This document shows positions 50,701 to 59,700 of a stretch of DNA of 64,000 bases, in pieces (positions within the stretch are counted from its first letter, which is position 1; the number at the start of each line of letters is the position of its first letter). Location: the NCBI RefSeq assembly GCF_964355755.1, contig NC_092673.1, forward strand, positions 4,402,001 to 4,466,000, read 5' to 3'. A model generated the notes under the pieces. The model was not told the DNA's origin. It worked only from the letters and a program-made list of their open reading frames with translations, and did no database searches. The stretch is from Antedon mediterranea. Lineage: Eukaryota; Animalia; Echinodermata. The position numbers and the translations under genes are program-made.

Positions 50701-53700
50701 TTTTGCAAATTATTATTTTCAAGATTCAATGAAGTTAAGTTGGAAAGATTATTGAAAGCGCCAACATGTATCCTGTCAAGTTTGTTTGATTTTAAATGAA
50801 GAGTTTCCAATGTGGTCAAACCGTCAAAAGCATTTGCATGTATTTCGTTAATTGCGCTGTTCGATATTTTAAGAATCTTCAACCGATAGTAATCGGTGAA
50901 AGCATACGATGGGATATGCGTGTACGTTCCCGAAGTTAGCTCGAGCGATAGAACGTGCAGACAAATCTGTTCATGTGGGATACAGTCAAAATTTTTACAC
51001 AAACATTTTTGACTTTGGTGGTTATATCTACAGGAAATAATACCAGTGTCATTGCAAGTCTGTGTCCTGTTCTTTGGAATCAATGTTAAAATCCAAGTTA
51101 GAAATAATATCCAATTGGTTGCTGTCATTTTCCTCATAGTAGACATTCTGAAAATATATATTATATAGAATTGTGAGTTATTCCAAGAGAAACAATCCTA
51201 GATATATATTTATTTATACTATTTTTTGTCAGTCAGAAAATTTTAACAACTGAATTTGAACTCAAAACATTGAAATTAGGCCAAATAAATAGGCCAGTAA
51301 AATAAAAAGTATATTTTTAGCATTAAAAAAACTAGTAATAAAACTATATAAGGAAACTATAAACACATTATTGAATAAAAAATATAATACCAAAAGTAAA
51401 CTATATTTACAATTTGTTGATATAAGGTTTGTGGTACACCTGGACATATATTAGTTCTGAAAAAGAACTGTTGAGTTTCTCGACATTTCGATCAATATAC
51501 TTTGATCGAACAAATATATGTGGTGTACAGCAAACTTTAAGGGCCTGTTTATGCTGCAAACAAAAACCCGGTTAAAAATGGTGTGAATAAATTAACTTAA
51601 TTTTCTTGGGAGCAGAAACTGGACAACTTTGTAGTAACCGGTTAAAAGGCAGCGCAAAATAACAGCTTAAAAACACCCATTCAAATCGGTGTTAGAACGC
51701 CATTTAACCGGTTATCGCTGAGCAATTCTTAGCTGCAACACGAAATAACGGTTATTTGATTGACGGTTGCTGACTACAACAACAACTACACTGCAGGAAC
51801 GTTTGAATTAACCGCCAGGAACAATTGCATTTTGGGTAATTCTAACGATTTTTGTCAACGACCACCCACTGATTTAAACAGTTATTATGGAACAAAAATT
51901 GAGCAGAAATGCAGTCAATATAAAAATTACATTTTTGAAATAATCTGTTTATTCGGCGCTTTGCAGCAGAAACAGACCCTATATCAACATTTTATTCCGC
52001 CATGCAAACCTTCAAACAATATATTTACAGTTTAATAACATAATCTCACCAGGTGGTTGGTATTGCATGTCAAGATTATGAAATATAAACATTAATTGTT
52101 ATTTTAGAAAATATTTTTTTTGCCAGTATCTTGAACGTTTAGCAATTACATACTTTCACATCCTGCAGGGAAATGGCTTAACTGCTTTCTCAAATTTCAT
52201 ATTTGATAAATCATATCGGGTAAATGAGAAGTGAATGTACCTTTTTAACTTTAATAGTTTTATGATCGCATTCAAGTATAATTTGTTACAGTATACGATT
52301 AAATTTATGATATCATATGATGGCCATCAAACAAATACCCTTTATAAACAAATATAATAATAAGACATTTAAAAATACTAAGGTATACCAATCATTTTGA
52401 ATATTCATTTTTGCTTTCAGAGCTATTTTAATAAAGTATCTTAAAAGAAATCTTGCCATGTATTATTTTGTGTAGGAAGGTTCTGTATACTGTATACAAT
52501 TGTTATATACAAGAAACAACATATCATTTTAGTGTAAGAACCCTTGTATTATTATTTTATTCTCAACATTAATTACTATAATATGATATTATTACAGTAT
52601 TTGCTGTTGTTCCATGCTGGTATATACAAACAAGGTCAAAAAGAATATATAAAAACGCTTACCTTGATTTTGAACTATAAAATAAAAATGTCCTATGAAA
52701 GAAATTACTTCAGAATTCTTATTCACAAAAAGAGCATTTGTTGTTCGTTGTTCCTCTGATTCGCATAAAGCATTGTCTTCCCATTATTTGTTTCTGCCAG
52801 CCGCAACATGTGCACATGCAGTGTGACAGGTAGATCGTGTGCAATAAATATAAAAAAGCACTTCCTTCTTGATGCTGACAAACCTAATCTCCCAAGGTGG
52901 GAGGAGCACACTGGCATTGTCTAATTGAGTGACCTAAAACAGTTAGAAGGTCAATAGAGGTCAGATTAGCAGCTGTGTGGCAATCTGTATCACCTGGATT
53001 GACCTTCAACTAGTAGGTCATGTTCAAGTTATTGCCTCAAATATCGAGTTAAAAAACTTTTTTTAACATAATAAAATAGACAAAAATAAACTTTTTTATG
53101 ACATTTTTTTTTATTTGTATATCAAATATAAAAAATCTACTATACTAATAACCAAAACTAATTTGTATCTGGTTACGTATTGCCATGGTTACCTAAACAA
53201 ATGATGCTATTGTAAATTGCTTTGGTCCCTGGGTATTCTCAGATTTCGGCACTTAGGAAATAATTTATGGGACAGGAAACTACATTTGAGAGTTTGTCAA
53301 GGGACTCATTGTACAGATGGTGGTCTTGTAAAATCAATGGGCCGTATTGTTGGTATTGCTTACATAAAGTCATGAATTATTACACAGTCCTGTAGTTGAT
53401 GGCTAATATGATGATAAAATAAACAATTATTGTTAATAAAACATCTGTATTCCATTTACATTGATAAACTATTGACATTGTATGAGGTAATCGTTTTAAA
53501 TTTAAACTGATAATATTTTTCAGAACTATTACCGGAAAACAGGTAGCAGAAGTTGTAAAAGAAACTTGCGATAGTGACGATGAAAGTCAAAAATTCATTC
53601 GTTTTGGACCGAAAGAGATGGAAGCTAAAGCCAGACAATATGACGTGACACGAGGAAGCATTGTAGAAGCCAGGTAAAGTGATTTTTGTAGTCTGTAGCA

Positions 53701-56700
53701 AGGGGGGTTGGGGGTTCAACAAACCCACTTTTTATCCTGAAGTGAACTTTTCAATCAGGGCCCGTTTATACACGCTAAATCAACACGCATGGACGTTGGC
53801 GTGTTGTATAAACAAAAATAGATTCCGTGTAAGTACTAAACCACCTGGAAAGGCTACTTGAAAAGACTACTTGAGGACCGGCCAAATTTGGCCAGTTTCT
53901 TGTTCGTAACACGGCAGTTAACATTCATGTATGAACAGCTCAGTGTAGGGGATTGACCTTCGTCTCTGAAAACATGCATACATAGCAGGCATGTAAAGTA
54001 AGAAGGGTGTTGTATAATATAGCCCTAGAGGCCAGCAGTGCATGTAATGGTAAATTAGGCCTATACTAACTAGCCTAACTTGAGTACAAACCTGAATTAA
54101 AGAGCTCGCTGTTTGTTGAGAGATCTATGTTTTTTGGCTTACGATTAACATGGCAAAATATGTAAAGTGCCACTGCTAAGCCTTTCATGAAACCCAGCTT
54201 TTAAAGCTTCTTATTTCTTTAATTGTGTTACATTTCTTTTTTCAAACAGAGTCCACTCTGTGAAAGAAGGACAGGTTAATGTGGTGGTCAACGACAAAGT
54301 TCAAGGCAGGATACATATTACTGAAATTGTAGACAATCCCACACCACATGTAAGTCAAATATAGACATTGATAAAATAATACAGAGAATTGTACAATAAA
54401 CACATGTTAATTTAGTACTATACAATGGAGCTATAAGTATACAGTGGCTCACAAATGCTGGAGGCCTTGGGCGTTTTTAGCCTTTTTCGACATAATTATT
54501 CTAATGCTTGTTTTTTTCTCTGTACACTGAGCGCCCATAGCCGCCACTGCTAGTATATCCATGTATACATTCATTAAACCTGCAAGCTGTATAACTAATT
54601 TAAGCGCAATTTATTGAAACTACAGTAGGTCTGCAAACACTATTATTATTTTTAAATAATTAATCCTTCAATAAATCCCATAAAATATAGTTCAAATTTA
54701 ATGATTGTGAGGGTGATAGGCCTATTTATTTTCTTATTGTACAGCACTACCATATGACTGTAATGTTTAAGGTAGACCTATGATAAGTAATCCAATTATG
54801 ATGTTATGTTTTAAATCATTTATTGCTGTAGTATTGTAAGTGTGGAAATAAAATGAAATTTTGATTATAATGTTATTAAACTGAGGGATTACAATAACAT
54901 CTTTAACAAAATCTATCACGTTTTAGGGTAAAGGTTCTCTGGATGGGTTTAAAGTAAAGCAATTTCTGAAGGCGCGTGTCATTGGATATCGAGAGATGAG
55001 AATGAACAGATCTCTGAAGATTACCAATCAGTTTACTCAGTTAGGCCTGGAGCTCAGCGTTAAGCCAAGGTAATATTCAGCAACCTTATGGTTCTAAAGC
55101 TCTTTCTACACTATCAAACTTTATGCGATGTGCCCATATATGGAAATGATGATGTCATACCACTACCATATTTGGGCATATCACTACTATATTTGGGCAC
55201 ATCACTACCATATTTGGGCATATCACTACCATATTTGGGCATATCACTACTATATTTGGGCACATCACACTTTTTTTTTTATTAATTACGCCTTTTATTT
55301 TTTAACATTGTATTATTGTTGAATTATCTTAACTTTGTCTGTAACTTATGTAATTTATTGACTAATAACTTTTTAAGTTAAAATGTATTAAATATTCTCT
55401 ATAATTTTGTTTATAATAGTAAATTATCAGATGAATATGTGGTTCCTAGCAGACATGTATCAGCGAAGAAACAGTTGCATTCATTCCAGCCTGGTCAACA
55501 GGTCACTGTATTCACCCAACAGGTATGTTGACCATTCCATTTCATGATTCCTATTCCTATTTATATTGCTAATTTTTTAAATAAATATGATTAAATAAGA
55601 GATTTAAAACAATACATTTCATTGCTTAGTTTTCCAGCAATATCCTCTGGGTACATGTCACACCGTACGTTGGCGGTAAAATCCATCGACTTAACATATC
55701 CAAGAAGTTATCCGTGTTAGAAAACCCTGACAGACATTTCAAGAAGCCTGGCCAGGCAGTAGAAGCCACTGTGCTAGGCTTAGATGATGAAGAAAAGGTG
55801 CTACAGCTATCCATAATAGGTGAACTTTTTAGATATTTTATTGATAGTATAAATTATAGACATAACAATAATAATAATAATCCATATCATAAAACATAAT
55901 TTAAAGATGTATTGTCCCCCTAAAACATGGAAAATGAAGAGTAATAAAATCAGACTATAAATAGGCTATTTTGCAGTTTTAATAAAGTTATTCACTTCTG
56001 TAAAAAAAAAAAAAAAAATTAAAATTATTTCAATTATAAAAAGACAAAAGAATTTTTGCTTTAAATTAAATTTTTTTCAGGTAAATAATTTTTTTTTTCG
56101 GTCCAGTTTTTTGTTATTTTATTATGTGACATTAAAATGGCATATTAAAAAAAAGTTTGAAAAAAAAAGTTTTAGGGGGACAATATATCTTTAAGTTTAC
56201 TCAAAATAAATATTTTATTTTATTCATTGTAGGTGAACAAAAGAAAGAGATAAAAGAGAAGACAATTGTAAATGGTTGTATCAAGAAGGTGCTAACTGAC
56301 AGACTCTGTGTTCAACTACCATTTGGTTATTTTGGTAGTGTGTTCATTACAGATATCAGGGATCACCTTAAAGAGCACCCACTAGAAGGGTTTAAAGCAG
56401 ATCAGTATGTAAGGTATGTTATGTTCCGTATGTATCGTCAAATTGATTTTCTACAAATATATCTGCTATGCTGATTTCAATCTTTTCCAATAAATATTCT
56501 TATACAGACAATTTTACTTAAAAGGAAATATATAAAAAAATAAATTGTGTTTGTACTGTAGGTGTGCTGTTTTGGATGCCGAAGATCGTCATAATGTGAC
56601 TTTATCATTACGACCATCACGTATTAGTAAGCACAACGACCCTGGCGCTGATCAAGAGTTAATGTCATTGGACGATCTGAAGGAAGGGGCAGTCTGTAAG

Positions 56701-59700
56701 GGATATGTATCGGAATGTAACCAACAGGCATTGTTTATATGGTAAGACTAATAGTTGATGTGTCTTAAAGGCATTTTATTATAATGTTGATGTTGGACCC
56801 AAATTTGGAATCAAAGACCCCATTTACACATAAGATTTGGGCCGGGATCGGCAATTGATAAGTGTAAACATGTAATAAGGTAAGGCTTTTATGTTTGGAC
56901 CAGCTTATGCAGTGAACCGTTACCAATGGATTGAGAAAGTGAAGTAAATAAATCGTCAGGGCCAACGTTTGGAACGCAAGTGTAAACGCACTGAATCAGG
57001 CCCAAACAATTCAATTTGGACCCGAACCTGGAGCGGCCCAGGACCCAATCATAAGTGTAAATGGGGTCTCAGTGGTTTTTGTAATTGTATTAGCATGTAT
57101 TGTAGCAATAGATTTGATTAAACAACAACAAAATTGTGTATTTCATTTATTTTTTTCACACAGTTTATCTCGAACCGTAACTGGAACTGTGAAACTAAAC
57201 AATGTATCAGAATATTATATAGAAGATTTCTCATCAGTTTTTCCAGTTGGTAAATTGGTGTCTGTCAAAATTATCAGGTTAGAATTATTTGTAACTGTGT
57301 ATCAAGTTCATATGTATTGTGGATGTAGAGCAGAATTTCTACACTATCAAACTAGTTTGACAAAAAAAAGTGTGATGTGCCCAATTATGGTAGTGATATG
57401 CTGACAAATATGGTAATGATATGACATCATCCATATATAGGCACATCACATTTTTTTGTCACATAAAGTTTGATAATGTCAACAGTTTTTTTTTCTATAT
57501 TTTCATAGAGTGAACAAAGATAAAGACAAAGTATCTATGTCGATGCTACCAAAGGACACAGGACTACCAGATGCTGTGCCAGAACATCTTAGAGGTCACT
57601 TCAAAGTTTCAAAGAAAGGTCAGTATGTCTTTAGCAACACATTCTGACAAGAGATCAACATACAGGAATATTTTATGGTAACACAAATTTTATTTTATAA
57701 TTATTTTTTTAATCAAATTTGTAGAATCAAGAAAGAGACAACGCAAGCAGCGACGCTTGAGCAAAGAGTCCGATGATAGCGGTATGGAGGAAAGTTCTTC
57801 AGATGAAGAAGAAGAGGTAAATGGTAGAGATAGTGTGATATATATGGCCGACTTCTGTTATAAACGACTTAGTCTTACATTCATCTGAATGATGACTAAA
57901 GCCAGGACTGTCTGGCTGGTCCCAACATTGACCAAGGGCTTCTCTCGTCCAGTGCCAACCTTAACCAGAGGAGAGGCATAAACCAATATGTCTGAGGCAG
58001 ATACTAGATGCAGGGGCTGCCAAAAAAGTCAGCAATGCTGATTTCAAATGCCTAATGGGACCCCAGCTCCAAAGTTTTTTATACTGTAACTAAAAATGCA
58101 TGATGATATATTATTATATTTCTCTATACTCAGTGACCTCTTCAGTTAAAGACTGTTCTCCCAGAGTTATGATTAGTGGCTGTGTGTGTACTAGTACACC
58201 GTATTAACCCCTACTCATCTCGATGTATTGACTTTTATGTGAAATTGCTTTTAAAATGTCATCATATAGATTGTATTTTCCATTACAGACAGCAACATCA
58301 GTTCCAAGTCTTAAGCTTTCCTCTGGGTTTTCCTGGGATGTTAATCTGTCCAAACTTGGTCAAATTGCGAAAGAGGATGATGTTGACTCAAGTAGTGAAG
58401 AGGAGGAAGATGATGAGGTATCTGGTCAATTTATATTATACTAGAGTAAAATGTCTAGAAAAACTACTTTGAGAAAGCAACCCTCTTTCGTTTGTGTTCG
58501 ATTAGTGAGTACTGCTACTAGTAGTACTGCTAGTAGACTCATTTGACCAGTATGATACTAAAGCTCTGTCTACACTATAAAATGTATATATGGACATGAT
58601 GATGTCATATCATTAGCATATTTGGGCATATCACTACTATATTTTGGTCACATTATACTTTTTTTATAAGTTTGTTTATTAGTTTGATATAAATTTCTCT
58701 TGTTCTGTTGTTCTGTAGTGGAATGGAAAGAGTGTATTGATATACCGTTTAATAATTTAAAACAAAACTTATTCACAGCCAGAAAAGAAAAAGATGAAAA
58801 AGGAAAATACTAATGACAAGAAATCTGAAGAAGCAGAAATACAGCAAGTAAGTAGCTGCTAATTAAGGAAGTACTGCTTTCTGGGGTCGGAACTAGACCA
58901 AGACATTTACACACAGTTTCTTTAAATCTAGTTGCGGTTGTATTTATTTTTAATTTTTTTATTTAAAATTATTATAGAGGGTGACCCTAAACAGCTTATG
59001 CTGATAATCAAGGGGCCCTCATGTTGAGTTATGTGTCTGTGTGTGACAGTTGCTGTGTGTATACTAGTACACTGGGGTAAACCCCTATTTGTCTCAAAAG
59101 ATGTACTAGGTTCTTTAAAGTGCACATAAGCCAGGTGTGTACACGGGACCTATGGTTTATAGTCCTTTATCCGATGGTATTCATATCAGGTTTTTTTGTG
59201 TAAACATTTATATTTTTTTTTGATCTGTGTTTTATTTGTTTTCAATGTGTTTTAATATGACAATACCTTAACGTACGGTGAGAGTTAATAAAATTGAGGA
59301 GGTACGACCAGAACCATGGAGTGAACGATGCAAACCTTTAACCTTCTCTTGCCATTGTAATTGTTCCTTTTAGGCCGAGCAATCTTTGATGCAGGAAGAT
59401 CGTAAACCAGAATCAGTGGATGACTTCAATCGTTTGCTTATTAGCTCACCAAATAGTTCAATGGTTTGGATTGGTTTCATGGCATTTCATCTACAGAACA
59501 CAGAAGCTGAAAAGGCTAGGGCTGTAGCTGAAAGAGCTCTTGAAACTATTAATTTCAGGTTGGTAATTTATACTATTGTCCATCAGGATCTATGACATAG
59601 AATTAGGTCCTGTATAGTAAAGAAAAAAGTGTAGAGTTATATTAGTAATTGGTCAGATGTTAGCCCTACTCTGACTTAATTTGTACTTTATACTAAGTAC

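Noticed and set aside
48661-50755. Plus-strand ORFs of 93-127 aa
   Set aside because: They are antisense shadows of the LRR-Ig CDS and are not needed for the RRP5 reading frame.
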